Of a stretch of 64,000 nt of DNA, positions 28,063 through 37,485 are shown in pieces. Numbering within the stretch: position 1 is the first letter of the stretch; every line of letters starts with the position of its first letter. The stretch lies in the sequence record NC_028999.1, one strand, 5' to 3'. The notes below the pieces were generated by a model. The model did not search any database, had not been told where the DNA came from, and saw only the letters and a program-made list of their open reading frames with translations. The translations under genes were made by a program, and so were the position numbers.

Positions 28063-28503
28063 ATGACCGCAGCACGTAAACCGGGTAGTGTACCCGTGTA
28101 CCTTGAAGGTGTTAACGACAAGTTCTTCTTTAAAGACCCGACCAAACCCATGGAGTACGTCATGTACACTGACGGTAGTGGTCGCCACGTGGCTACCGGT
28201 GCAATCGTACCAGGTGTTAAGTTTGATATCTGGGCACTGTGTAAACAAGAGCCGGGTCAGGAACTGCGTAACATCGTGATCGATGCCATTGTGTATCGTG
28301 ATGTTGATGGCTCCATTCAGGAATACAGCCGTGAGCATCAAGCGATCGCTGTGGATCGTCGCAACTGGGAATTCGGCTTCGTGTCGAAGTTGGCCGGTTT
28401 GCGCTGGGGCTTTACGCTTTCGATCACGCCGGAAACTGGTGAGAGCTTTATCCATGTTGATCTGAAGTCTCCTATTCTGGGGATCAAGTTCCACTTCGAA
28501 TGA
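28063..28503 (+). CDS. Hypothetical protein
   Basis: GGAG RBS; start trimmed to MTAARK. Confidence 0.8.
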   Translation: MTAARKPGSVPVYLEGVNDKFFFKDPTKPMEYVMYTDGSGRHVATGAIVPGVKFDIWALCKQEPGQELRNIVIDAIVYRDVDGSIQEYSREHQAIAVDRRNWEFGFVSKLAGLRWGFTLSITPETGESFIHVDLKSPILGIKFHFE

Positions 28504-28504
28504 C

Positions 28505-28537
28505 GACATAATGCCCTCCTACGGGAGGGCTTATGCC
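28505..28537 (+). terminator. GACATAA-hairpin-TTATGCC element
   Basis: GCCCTCC-TACG-GGAGGGC. Confidence 0.85.
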
Positions 28538-28559
28538 GCAATACAATTATTGTTAGATC

Positions 28560-28567
28560 TACATTAC
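28560..28567 (+). promoter_or_regulatory. Early promoter variant
   Basis: TACATTAC inside a 20-nt near-copy of the promoter at 79-98. Confidence 0.75.
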
Positions 28568-28599
28568 GTCTTTGCTATACGTAATCGCTTGAGGTTTTG

Positions 28600-28707
28600 A
28601 TGTCGAACCAACAATTCAAGAACAGTCCCATCAACTCCATCCTAGACCAGTCTTGGAGGAAGCGTAACGAACAGACCCGTCCCAGTAGTAAGGAGCAAAA
28701 ACAATGA
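28600..28707 (+). CDS. 35-aa peptide (not in ORF track)
   Basis: GAGG RBS; MSNQQFKNSPINSILDQSWRKR...; ATGA overlap with the next gene. Confidence 0.55.
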   Translation: MSNQQFKNSPINSILDQSWRKRNEQTRPSSKEQKQ

Positions 28708-29006
28708 GCAGTCTTGGTTCGGTAGTGAACGTCGGTATTGACCTGTTCAGTGCCCTGGCTAAATCTGACGTAGTGCGCGGCATGGTTCTACAGGCCGCTC
28801 GTGATGTATTCATCACCCGCACTGATCGTGACAAAGGTTTCAATGAGTATAAATATGCACGTGAGGGCGACGACTTGGAAGTCATCGGTGAAGACACCGA
28901 CAATCCAGACGGCGGTTTCCGTGTGATAAACCGCGACAACTACGACCAGATCGAAACCGTACAGATGAGAGATCTGGAAGATACCTTCAACGAGTATGGG
29001 AAGTAA
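28704..29006 (+). CDS. Hypothetical protein
   Basis: AAGGAG RBS. Confidence 0.8.
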   Translation: MSSLGSVVNVGIDLFSALAKSDVVRGMVLQAARDVFITRTDRDKGFNEYKYAREGDDLEVIGEDTDNPDGGFRVINRDNYDQIETVQMRDLEDTFNEYGK

Positions 29007-29219
29007 ACAAGCTGATGAACCAGCCGTACTACCAACGCATTCGTTCTGGCAAGATGAAGGGGTATTGAGGCATGTATTGGAAAGTAACCGCTTTCAACGG
29101 TACCGAGTGGACTTCCCCGGTATCTCAAACATTGATCGAAGCAGTGGAGATGTTCTGTGAACGGAACCAACTCCATATGCAAGACATCAAAATCATTGAA
29201 CGCATTGATTGAGGTAATC

Positions 29220-29417
29220 ATGACTGAAGGTGAAGTCGTCTACGCAAATGGTCAGATCACTGCCAACGTGAATGACAATGGTCGACCGTTGGTTCTAGCG
29301 CAAGACGGGGAACGTCTCCGTATCGTTGCTGAATACCCCGACGGTCAGTTTCAAGTGGAGCCGACTAACGATCCGGGTAATACGTTCTACGCCTCTCGTT
29401 ATCAACTTCGCTACTGA
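29220..29417 (+). CDS. Hypothetical protein
   Basis: GAGGT RBS; start trimmed to MTEGEV. Confidence 0.75.
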   Translation: MTEGEVVYANGQITANVNDNGRPLVLAQDGERLRIVAEYPDGQFQVEPTNDPGNTFYASRYQLRY

Positions 29418-29472
29418 TCGAGACTTTTAACTAGCCCGTTCAATGTAGTAGTTAATTGGCGGAACTGTTAAT

Positions 29473-29814
29473 ATGTTTTATGGTGAATCGGACTATCGGA
29501 TGTGGTCATCCACTACTCACGGTAGAGGTAAGCGTAAGGAAATCGTAACAACCGGAGCGTACTGTGTCGTACATGTAGGAACTGGTAAGTTCATTGTAGG
29601 TACGTCAAAGAACGTGTCCACTGAAGTAGATCGCCTGATCGTTGAAATTAAAAGCGGTCGTTCCAAATGGCCCAAGTTCAACAAACTAGTCTCTGGTGAA
29701 CCTGAGAACAGCGATCTGGAATTACTCGAATTTCCAGCTAACATGAAAGATGCTAAAGCGATTGAAGCTCGCATTCGAAAAGCAGTAGTTCCGAGTTGGT
29801 TGTTACTCAATTGA
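29473..29814 (+). CDS. GIY-YIG-like protein (degenerate)
   Basis: GAYCVVHVGTGKFIVGTSKNV...AKAIEARI...LLN. Confidence 0.65.
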   Translation: MFYGESDYRMWSSTTHGRGKRKEIVTTGAYCVVHVGTGKFIVGTSKNVSTEVDRLIVEIKSGRSKWPKFNKLVSGEPENSDLELLEFPANMKDAKAIEARIRKAVVPSWLLLN

Positions 29815-29823
29815 GGTAAGGCT

Positions 29824-30450
29824 ATGTCAGAGATCGATGATACAAAAATCTTCGACTACGCCCACAACGTGGCACGTAATCACAAACGTATTGTTGAAGA
29901 ACTTCGTGCCGAGTTGCAGGATAAAGACTACATCATCTACACCCGTGCCGGAAGCCCCATTGAATTCCCTAAGGTACAGTTTACCATTGGGAGTTTGAAA
30001 GATGATCTACCAGATTTCGTCATGACTGGGGAACTGGCACGGGAAGGCGTGGAAGCGTTCATTAAGCTCTGTCGCGATCATCTGATTAGACGAGTGCCTG
30101 AACACGTAACGCGCCTGTTGATGCATGTAGACGAGATGGTCAAGATCATCAACGAAGAGCTTGCGGCCAATGGTAACGAATTTGATGTTCGTGCTATTGC
30201 TATTGATACGTCGCAGTTCATGTGGGGCGTTGGGATGAACGCTCGGCGTTTCTATGGGGATTACGCCGAAGACGTGAAAGTGATTCAGTTGCAAGTTGCG
30301 CGTGGCGGTGTCTTCCCTGAAGATATTCATTATCCACAAGCACTGTATCCTCAGCCGTTACTGCCGACTAGTGGCTTTGGTAACTATCGTACTCCGATCC
30401 CACAGTGGGTGAAGATGCAGCGACAGTACCAAATTCACCGGTTCAACTGA
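29824..30450 (+). CDS. Hypothetical protein
   Basis: GAGGT RBS. Confidence 0.8.
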   Translation: MSEIDDTKIFDYAHNVARNHKRIVEELRAELQDKDYIIYTRAGSPIEFPKVQFTIGSLKDDLPDFVMTGELAREGVEAFIKLCRDHLIRRVPEHVTRLLMHVDEMVKIINEELAANGNEFDVRAIAIDTSQFMWGVGMNARRFYGDYAEDVKVIQLQVARGGVFPEDIHYPQALYPQPLLPTSGFGNYRTPIPQWVKMQRQYQIHRFN

Positions 30451-30460
30451 GGTACAGGTT

Positions 30461-30811
30461 ATGTCATGGCAATGGGATTCACGTTGGGCTCTCACGGGTC
30501 GTAACACAATCTATCCGAGTGAGAGCCCGTATTACGTGGCAATCTTTGACGAGGCACAGACTGAGGTCATGTGCTTCGTTCGCACTAAGGGCGAGAAACT
30601 GGGTCACTGGGCTACTGAGCCTGCTGACAACATAGAACTCGTCCGCTGGAAAGATTACCTCCAAGGTTGTAGGGCACTTCCAATGATCGCTAACAATGTC
30701 GATACATTGGAACAGCTCCGCCGTGCTGGATTCCCGTCTGGTACGTACAAATGCACACTCGTGAACCAACGCGATAACGAACGGAGTGTGTCTCAACTGA
30801 TCTACATTTAA
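30461..30811 (+). CDS. Hypothetical protein
   Basis: GAGGT RBS. Confidence 0.8.
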   Translation: MSWQWDSRWALTGRNTIYPSESPYYVAIFDEAQTEVMCFVRTKGEKLGHWATEPADNIELVRWKDYLQGCRALPMIANNVDTLEQLRRAGFPSGTYKCTLVNQRDNERSVSQLIYI

Positions 30812-30822
30812 AGGACATTACA

Positions 30823-31308
30823 ATGAGCAATCTGGGTATGGTTGTACGTGACAATAAAGTTCTCGTGGCAACCGATGATGTGGCAATGGCTCTGTTCCAA
30901 TACTGGGCTCCCAAAGGTACGATGGAAATCGAATACCAGCGGGTTAACCAGCGTGTGAAATACGTGGTAGTCGCGCAAGGCACGGCTGCGGATCGGGAAA
31001 CGATGCGTCAGTCACTGTCCACATCCCAGGCGCTCAGTCCCTGGCATATCGAAACGATTCTGCGTCAATGCGAAACACTGGGCGTGGAAGTTCGTCTGAT
31101 CGTGGAAGGTGGTGCCCATGTGTTTCAATCCATCCGTGGGGAAATGAAACATGGATTCGTTAAGGATCGTACCATGTTCTTCTCGGGAGACAATGATCAG
31201 AAGCGTAAGGCATTGTACAAGTACGGCGACCAATTCGGCCCTGACCTCAAGCGGGCTGTGCAGGATGACATCGTCCTGGGTCACTTCGACTTCGTTACCG
31301 TGCTGTAA
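30823..31308 (+). CDS. Hypothetical protein
   Basis: AAGGA RBS. Confidence 0.8.
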   Translation: MSNLGMVVRDNKVLVATDDVAMALFQYWAPKGTMEIEYQRVNQRVKYVVVAQGTAADRETMRQSLSTSQALSPWHIETILRQCETLGVEVRLIVEGGAHVFQSIRGEMKHGFVKDRTMFFSGDNDQKRKALYKYGDQFGPDLKRAVQDDIVLGHFDFVTVL

Positions 31309-31342
31309 GGCATAATGGCCCTCCCCAACAGGGAGGGCTTTC
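31309..31342 (+). terminator. GGCATAA-hairpin element
   Basis: GCCCTCCC-CAACA-GGGAGGGC-TTT. Confidence 0.8.
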
Positions 31343-31365
31343 TATAACGTCAAGAGGAAATTACA

Positions 31366-31737
31366 ATGGATAAACGCCCCGATGTAAAGAATACGAGTAT
31401 GTGCTTGGTGCAATACTCGGGTAAGTGCATGATGGATTGGTGGATTAATCGCCGTCTTTGTCAGGAACTGTGTGAAGTCCTGCATGTTAGCCTGAAGCGT
31501 CTGGATACGCTATTTCAGATCGTGGAAGACTCTGACGATGCGCTCTACGACAAGCTTCGGGATGAATTGCTGTTCTTCAGTGGTAGTTACAAGGAACTGA
31601 TGGACCTGCTATTCCGTTATCAGGGTTTGTACAAATCCCGTCACATGGATCTGGCCGTACTGGCCATCGATTCAATCATCGGTATTACCGCTGACATTCA
31701 TTACAAAGATGAATGTTACGGCAGTGAATTTCATTAA
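31366..31737 (+). CDS. Hypothetical protein
   Basis: GAGGA RBS. Confidence 0.8.
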   Translation: MDKRPDVKNTSMCLVQYSGKCMMDWWINRRLCQELCEVLHVSLKRLDTLFQIVEDSDDALYDKLRDELLFFSGSYKELMDLLFRYQGLYKSRHMDLAVLAIDSIIGITADIHYKDECYGSEFH

Positions 31738-31748
31738 GGAGAAACCAC

Positions 31749-32300
31749 ATGTTTCTTGGCACAGTTTACAGTAAGGATGGGATATTCCTGATCAGCGATG
31801 GGAAAGATACCCTCCAACAGAAAGCCGATCAAAACGTCTGGTTTGATTTCGGTACATCGAAATGCAACCAACGGGTCTTGGTGTGGGATGACCACTACAA
31901 GAACAAGATCCACGGTTTCATGCTCACTGTAAAGGATCCCGGTAAACGGGAGATCCTGCGCAACAAGCTGTACGCCATCAAGGCGTTCAACGAAACGCAC
32001 GATGAGAGCATTATCATCGAGGCACTGAGCGAGCTGAAACAAGACGACGAAGCGGCTGTACTGTTGATCACGGACTACGGTCTGCACCTGTACCAACCCG
32101 CTATCCGTCCTCAAGTCCGTAGGGTACATCTCCCGTACGAACGTCGGGATGGTTGCACTGCATTAGGGGAACTCGACAAGCGCCTGAAAGAAGAGTGCCT
32201 GAATCGTCCGTTGAATGAGTGTATCGGGATGATCAACTACAACCCGGATTTCTTCCTGATTGACGGGATGGTGTTTGAAGGAGCGGACCACTATGAGTAA
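31749..32300 (+). CDS. Hypothetical protein
   Basis: AAGGAG RBS. Confidence 0.8.
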   Translation: MFLGTVYSKDGIFLISDGKDTLQQKADQNVWFDFGTSKCNQRVLVWDDHYKNKIHGFMLTVKDPGKREILRNKLYAIKAFNETHDESIIIEALSELKQDDEAAVLLITDYGLHLYQPAIRPQVRRVHLPYERRDGCTALGELDKRLKEECLNRPLNECIGMINYNPDFFLIDGMVFEGADHYE

Positions 32301-32727
32301 GGTGGTTCCGTTCATCCCACAGTGGAAACGTGATCAGAACAATTACGATCATCGTTACTCATGGGTCGTGACGCAACATCGTGATTACATGTTCATCGAG
32401 CGGCGAGTGTATTACCGCCGTCGTAAACAGGGGGATATCCAGTTCGATACCATTCAGGTAATCCATCTGGGTAAAGATCGTCACTTCACATTTGTTCAAC
32501 GTGGCAACGATCCAATGCCAGAGTTCTCCATGGCATGGTTGATCGGTGAATTCGATAACGTGAACAAAGCACGTTACAGTGCGTTCTACGCTACCGAAAC
32601 CATCGCTGATCTACAGGCCCTGGCAAAACGACAAAACATCGTCATAGCCACTTGGGCTATCGCCTTCAACAAAGAAGTCGTCATTACACCCGAGCGCCTG
32701 CTCTGGTCTGACGTTCGGCATGAATGA
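32293..32727 (+). CDS. Hypothetical protein
   Basis: AAGGAG RBS; start trimmed to MSKVVP. Confidence 0.8.
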   Translation: MSKVVPFIPQWKRDQNNYDHRYSWVVTQHRDYMFIERRVYYRRRKQGDIQFDTIQVIHLGKDRHFTFVQRGNDPMPEFSMAWLIGEFDNVNKARYSAFYATETIADLQALAKRQNIVIATWAIAFNKEVVITPERLLWSDVRHE

Positions 32728-32739
32728 AAGGAAATTCCA

Positions 32740-33261
32740 ATGAAACTTGTACCGCTCAACAGCGTCGTTGGTAAATGCGATGGCGTTAGCATCATCCCAC
32801 GTGATGTTCCCAAATTCGCTAAGATCTGGGAAGGTCTGAAAGAACGTGACGTGGTAGTTGCTGAAGATAAGGATGCCATCAGCATCCATCTCCCACGGAA
32901 TCCTTCCGAACAAGAACAGGCTCTGTTCAAAGAAGCCCAAGCGTGGGTTGCTGAAGTCATGAAACCTAGCTTCCTTGACTCGTCGGAAGTTGACGAATAT
33001 GCTCGCTTCATTGCCGATGTCCTCAGTAAAAATACGCGGGCCCTTCTCGAATTGCGTAACAACAATTCATTTGGTCATTACGTGATTGCTGAAGATCACT
33101 TGTGGTATGTCCAGTTTAACCCACACGGGGAGACTGGCAAGATGCATTTCCGCCGTTACATTGGAAGACGTACTTCCATTCCTGAGTACGCTCCGATTTG
33201 GAGCGACGTGGATATGGAATTTAAAGTGGATTACAACTTGAAGGGTCGCCTCGATGGCTAA
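32740..33261 (+). CDS. Hypothetical protein
   Basis: AAGGA RBS. Confidence 0.8.
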   Translation: MKLVPLNSVVGKCDGVSIIPRDVPKFAKIWEGLKERDVVVAEDKDAISIHLPRNPSEQEQALFKEAQAWVAEVMKPSFLDSSEVDEYARFIADVLSKNTRALLELRNNNSFGHYVIAEDHLWYVQFNPHGETGKMHFRRYIGRRTSIPEYAPIWSDVDMEFKVDYNLKGRLDG

Positions 33262-33691
33262 ATCTAAAGAACAAAAACGTACTGAAGCTAAGGAACGTAA
33301 CGCCCTTAGTTACATGCGCCATCACATGCCTGAACTGAGCCGTCGGTTACCGGGCGGTGAATACTGGCTCCTCTGTGGTGATCACCTGTATTCGTCTAAG
33401 GATGCTGTTAAAGCCTTAGCACACATGACGCGTATCTGCAACGAGATGGGTATCACTCTGACCGGTTCCAAATCGTACGATACCTTCATGAGTTGGGCTC
33501 CGGAACAGCAGTTTGATTTCCTGTTGCATGGTAATAACCTGAATGACCTACGTGAAGGAATGGCACGTACTTACAACATGCGTTTTGGTACGATGGATGA
33601 CGCCTTCATGGTTGATGAAAGTAAGACTCGCGCCGCTATCCGAGATCTGAAACAACATATCACCGCAACGGTAGGTAAAATCAAAGCATAA
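33254..33691 (+). CDS. PGG-array paralog 1
   Basis: HHMPEL...LPGGEYW. Confidence 0.8.
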   Translation: MAKSKEQKRTEAKERNALSYMRHHMPELSRRLPGGEYWLLCGDHLYSSKDAVKALAHMTRICNEMGITLTGSKSYDTFMSWAPEQQFDFLLHGNNLNDLREGMARTYNMRFGTMDDAFMVDESKTRAAIRDLKQHITATVGKIKA

Positions 33692-33701
33692 GGAATTTGC
33701 A

Positions 33702-34049
33702 ATGACCATTGGGGTAGTGAAGATTCAAACAAAAGAACAAAGACTGAATCAACTGCGTCGGGACTACATGCTCAAGCATTTCCCGAAGTGGGCGATGAAA
33801 GCACCTAAGATGCCTGGCTTCACCAACTGGGATGATTTCATCAAAGCAACGATTGAACTCAATGCTCGCTCGATAGAAGCTCAGGTCAGTCTGTCTGGTC
33901 GTCATTGGCCGGACGATGATTTGGAAACCCTACGTAACCGTCCCATCGGTCGTTTGATCAAACGTGTGCGTGAACGTGGGTATCCGGCTCACTTGATCGC
34001 ATCTTTCGAAAACGAAGCCCTGAAACAGGGTATTCTTCAGGCAGCATAA
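33702..34049 (+). CDS. PGG-array paralog 2 (divergent)
   Basis: YMLKHFPKW...MPGF. Confidence 0.8.
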   Translation: MTIGVVKIQTKEQRLNQLRRDYMLKHFPKWAMKAPKMPGFTNWDDFIKATIELNARSIEAQVSLSGRHWPDDDLETLRNRPIGRLIKRVRERGYPAHLIASFENEALKQGILQAA

Positions 34050-34061
34050 AAGGAAAATATA

Positions 34062-34532
34062 ATGCAACAGAACCATGCCGACGCCATCCGCAGGCTGGCC
34101 GACGAAAAACCCGAACTGTACCAACACTATCTGCGGATTAAGTTCCCCCTCTGGATGTCGTATACCCCTGGTGGGCATAACTACAGTAAGGGTTATACCA
34201 ACATCGATCGTCAGTTGCATCTGATGGCCTGGGCTGCTGAAACTCGTGAACTATGTAAGCTCGCTGAAGAACTCGGCATCCGCATCGACGGAATGCCTTT
34301 CCATCACCAGTACGACAAGTCCGTTGAGCTGCTGATGATCCGCTATTCCCAAGCGGCCAATCTGCGCAAACTCCGTAACTCCTGGAAACAGGTTCTGGAG
34401 GAACTGGGTCTCAACGTCCCTGATTCGGATTGGCGGCGCGCTCGTCAACATCACGATGAATGGGCTGAGGAATGGAAACATTTCCGTAAGACCATCAACC
34501 TCGCCTACGGTCATCTGGTTATCAACAAATAA
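34062..34532 (+). CDS. PGG-array paralog 3
   Basis: FPLWMSYTPGGHNY. Confidence 0.85.
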   Translation: MQQNHADAIRRLADEKPELYQHYLRIKFPLWMSYTPGGHNYSKGYTNIDRQLHLMAWAAETRELCKLAEELGIRIDGMPFHHQYDKSVELLMIRYSQAANLRKLRNSWKQVLEELGLNVPDSDWRRARQHHDEWAEEWKHFRKTINLAYGHLVINK

Positions 34533-34546
34533 CAGGAACATACAAA

Positions 34547-35044
34547 ATGAACGAAACCAAATCGCAGAAAATCATGGTCCTCATCCAGAACCCGATGTAC
34601 CGTGTTCTGGTGAAAGAACTCTTCCCGAAATACATGTCCTATACTCCAGGAGGGGATCGCTACGTACGTGGTATGTCCGATGAATATATGTACATCCATG
34701 TGATCTCCTGGGGACAAGTAGCGCAAGAAATTGCTCTGGTTGCCAACCAACTCAACGTTACCGTCGACGGCTTCCCTCGCAGCATCACCAGCGAGGACGA
34801 ACACATGACCAAGTTGATGCAGCGCCACTCCCATGCCGCGTCCCTGCGTGACAGCCGTAACCGTTGGAAGAAGGTCATGAAAGTACCGGCCTTCGACAGT
34901 GATGACTCCCTGTGGCGTCGTTCCGATCAAAAGGAACATGACTGGACGGATGAATGGACTCGCTTCCGCGATACCGTTCATCGCTACCTGAACCAAGATA
35001 CCTATCTGAATACCGAAGGTGTGTTGGAGGAACATCATGCCTAA
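34547..35044 (+). CDS. PGG-array paralog 4
   Basis: FPKYMSYTPGGDRY. Confidence 0.85.
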   Translation: MNETKSQKIMVLIQNPMYRVLVKELFPKYMSYTPGGDRYVRGMSDEYMYIHVISWGQVAQEIALVANQLNVTVDGFPRSITSEDEHMTKLMQRHSHAASLRDSRNRWKKVMKVPAFDSDDSLWRRSDQKEHDWTDEWTRFRDTVHRYLNQDTYLNTEGVLEEHHA

Positions 35045-35447
35045 AAGTAAGGAACTCAAACGGCTGGAGGCGCAGGAGCGTAAACGGGAAATGTTGCTTA
35101 CCCATCATCTCCCTGCTTTGTTTGAAGTGCTACCGGGTGGGGAGCGGTATGACCCCACTCACGAATACTACTACCGCATGGTAAATGACCGAGCCAGAAA
35201 CGTACTGAAAATAGCTCGTGAATCCAAAACGGATATCGACTTTGCGCACTACTGGAACGGTAAGATCGATCAGATGGGTACTCGTTCTTACATTCGTATC
35301 GCTTTCCAAGGTACGAGCGGTGAGTACTATATTCGGTCGTTCAACAAGTATATGTCGATTCATTACCCCAGCTTCAAACCTGTAGCCGTACCGCATTACA
35401 TGGCCCCTCGGGTAGACGAAGCATTCCTCGCGAACATCGAGGATTAA
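35037..35447 (+). CDS. PGG-array paralog 5
   Basis: MPKSKELKR...HHLPAL..VLPGGERY; start trimmed. Confidence 0.8.
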   Translation: MPKSKELKRLEAQERKREMLLTHHLPALFEVLPGGERYDPTHEYYYRMVNDRARNVLKIARESKTDIDFAHYWNGKIDQMGTRSYIRIAFQGTSGEYYIRSFNKYMSIHYPSFKPVAVPHYMAPRVDEAFLANIED

Positions 35448-35454
35448 GTGAGAT

Positions 35455-35498
35455 CCTACTTACCTTCCTAATGGTGGGAGGTAAGTAGGTTTTATGCC
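35455..35498 (+). terminator. Long hairpin with TTATGCC flank
   Basis: CCTACTTACCTTCC...GGGAGGTAAGTAGG-TTTTATGCC. Confidence 0.8.
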
Positions 35499-35520
35499 AA
35501 TTTGCAATAAGGAATCTGTA

Positions 35521-36054
35521 ATGAATCAATGGGATCTCGTTCGTAGTATCACTGGCATGCGCGCAACCCCGACTGGCACATGCGCTATGCGTAAAGACAT
35601 GATGGTCATGCGGGAACAGCCGATGTACTACCATTGGAACCTGGTTGAGCTACGGTCATTCAATGAAATGCCTTCCGTCCATTGCTGCACCAGTGGTGCT
35701 ATGAACGGCGCCTACACCATCACGGGTGAAGCGGCTGAGCCGGTCCAGTATTCCACTATCATGGTCTATGCAGAGGCAAAGGAAACCGCTGAAGAAGTAG
35801 CTCGCTTGCTCCAAGGAGCTAAATCGCACAAAGGTGATGACCTGTTCGAGCTGGCGAAAGTCAAACGTGCAATCATCTACCCGGTGACTCAAAATGGGTG
35901 GTTGTTCTATGATGGCCTGGTTGCGGCTCGGCATGAACGCAAGCAGATTACCGATATTTATCCGCCCCATGTGGTAGATCAAATCATCAGCCATGGTTTG
36001 GAGCTGCAATCAATGCCCAAAACTAAGCTTGATGATATATTCACAGCAGCCTGA
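35521..36054 (+). CDS. Hypothetical protein
   Basis: AAGGA RBS; start trimmed to MNQWDL; ends in FTAA. Confidence 0.8.
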   Translation: MNQWDLVRSITGMRATPTGTCAMRKDMMVMREQPMYYHWNLVELRSFNEMPSVHCCTSGAMNGAYTITGEAAEPVQYSTIMVYAEAKETAEEVARLLQGAKSHKGDDLFELAKVKRAIIYPVTQNGWLFYDGLVAARHERKQITDIYPPHVVDQIISHGLELQSMPKTKLDDIFTAA

Positions 36055-36063
36055 TTAATTGCC

Positions 36064-36579
36064 ATGGAAAATCCAGAATTTCTTTATCATGGTTCCCTGT
36101 ACAAACAGAAGGAACTTATGCCAGGGTTTAAACGCTCTGGTCAACTATCGGTGTGGGATGGTGTTGAGTCTAACCTTAATCTCTACGCAACCACCAGTAA
36201 GGAGGAAGCGTACGACCTAGGGATCGGTTCAGCTACTGAGAAGAACTATGACTCGGATCGTTTCACCACGATCGATGGGAATATCTGGGTTTTCTGCCAG
36301 AAGCCGATTGATATCACGCAATGGTTACAGATGGAGCTTTACTGCTACACTATTCCATTTCGTGAAACGGATGGTTGGGTTAAGAACAAGAACCCGTACA
36401 ACAACATTGATACTGAGTGGACTACTCGTAAGACTGTTCACAATGTCAGTGTTGAGCAAGTAGACATGCGTACCGTGCTCAAAGGTCGTTGCGTAACGAT
36501 CACACAAGCGCCTATGGACGTCGATCTGTCTCAACTACTCCGTAAGTACCGGGACGTTACGAAAGTTTACCATATCTAA
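36064..36579 (+). CDS. Putative ADP-ribosyltransferase-fold protein (H-Y clade, Arr-like)
   Basis: FLYHGS...ELMPGF...NLYATTSKEEA resembles YHGT...LxPGF...YFT..A. Confidence 0.55.
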   Translation: MENPEFLYHGSLYKQKELMPGFKRSGQLSVWDGVESNLNLYATTSKEEAYDLGIGSATEKNYDSDRFTTIDGNIWVFCQKPIDITQWLQMELYCYTIPFRETDGWVKNKNPYNNIDTEWTTRKTVHNVSVEQVDMRTVLKGRCVTITQAPMDVDLSQLLRKYRDVTKVYHI

Positions 36580-36609
36580 GCGTAGAGCCCCCTACGGGGG
36601 CTTTATGCC
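36580..36609 (+). terminator. Hairpin-TTTATGCC element
   Basis: AGAGCCCCC-TACG-GGGGCTTT-ATGCC. Confidence 0.8.
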
Positions 36610-36626
36610 ATCACTAGGAGAATACA

Positions 36627-37034
36627 ATGTGTAAGCGTTACGAGTTCGATGATTTGGTCGTTCATCAGGCTTCTCGTTTTGGGACTGGTTCGCCATTCGC
36701 TTTGTCGGACTTGGGCTTTGATACACCCACGGATGCACGACTGTATATCGAAGACGTAATCAAATACATGGCCAATGAAACAGCCATCGATGAAGAATAT
36801 GTCGATCGTTGTCTGAGCAATGGGTGGGTAATGACCATCCGCTTTACTCCACAGAAGAAGACCGCATTCATTGAGCTGTTCATCTGTTCAGCTTCACATC
36901 AAGTAACTTTCAATCTTCGGTTGAAGTTGAAACGTCAGCCAGGTTGTCGTTACGACAAGATGATTGACATCCGGGAGCGGTTCGTTAATTGGATCCATGC
37001 TCGTCTGGATGATGAATTCAACGAAATTTTCTAA
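36627..37034 (+). CDS. Hypothetical protein
   Basis: AGGAG RBS. Confidence 0.8.
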   Translation: MCKRYEFDDLVVHQASRFGTGSPFALSDLGFDTPTDARLYIEDVIKYMANETAIDEEYVDRCLSNGWVMTIRFTPQKKTAFIELFICSASHQVTFNLRLKLKRQPGCRYDKMIDIRERFVNWIHARLDDEFNEIF

Positions 37035-37080
37035 AAGGAAATTCCAACGTTAGCATTTATCTCAAACGGTAGAGGTTGAT

Positions 37081-37446
37081 ATGAATACGTTGATTGTGCG
37101 GGTGAATACTAGTCGTCGTTTCGATAGCCTGATGGAGTCCGTTTTGCGCATGGGTCTTGTGGTAAAGGAACCTGTACATCACGATGGGATCAAGGACGAA
37201 TACATTCTGGTATTCGCTGAAGATCCTACTACCTGTCAGATTATCCGTGATGAGAAGCTTATTGGCTACTACTCGGCTAGTAAGTCTATGCGTGTATTGC
37301 ATAGCCTCATTCGTATGGAGGAGTTCTTTGCTCCTGGTGGTTATGAGACGATCTACATTGATCGTCATCAGTTAGATAATCGAGGTCGTATCCATCTCTC
37401 TTTCCTTGAGAAAGGTAAAGAAGAGGATGTAGAATTTTACCCATAA
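37081..37446 (+). CDS. Hypothetical protein
   Basis: GAGGT RBS. Confidence 0.8.
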   Translation: MNTLIVRVNTSRRFDSLMESVLRMGLVVKEPVHHDGIKDEYILVFAEDPTTCQIIRDEKLIGYYSASKSMRVLHSLIRMEEFFAPGGYETIYIDRHQLDNRGRIHLSFLEKGKEEDVEFYP

Positions 37447-37447
37447 G

Positions 37448-37485
37448 CAGAATAAGGTGAGGGGCTGAGTGCCCCTCTTTATTCT
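37448..37485 (+). terminator. Terminator hairpin
   Basis: AGAATAAG-GTGAGGGGC-TGAGT-GCCCCTC-TTTATTCT. Confidence 0.75.
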
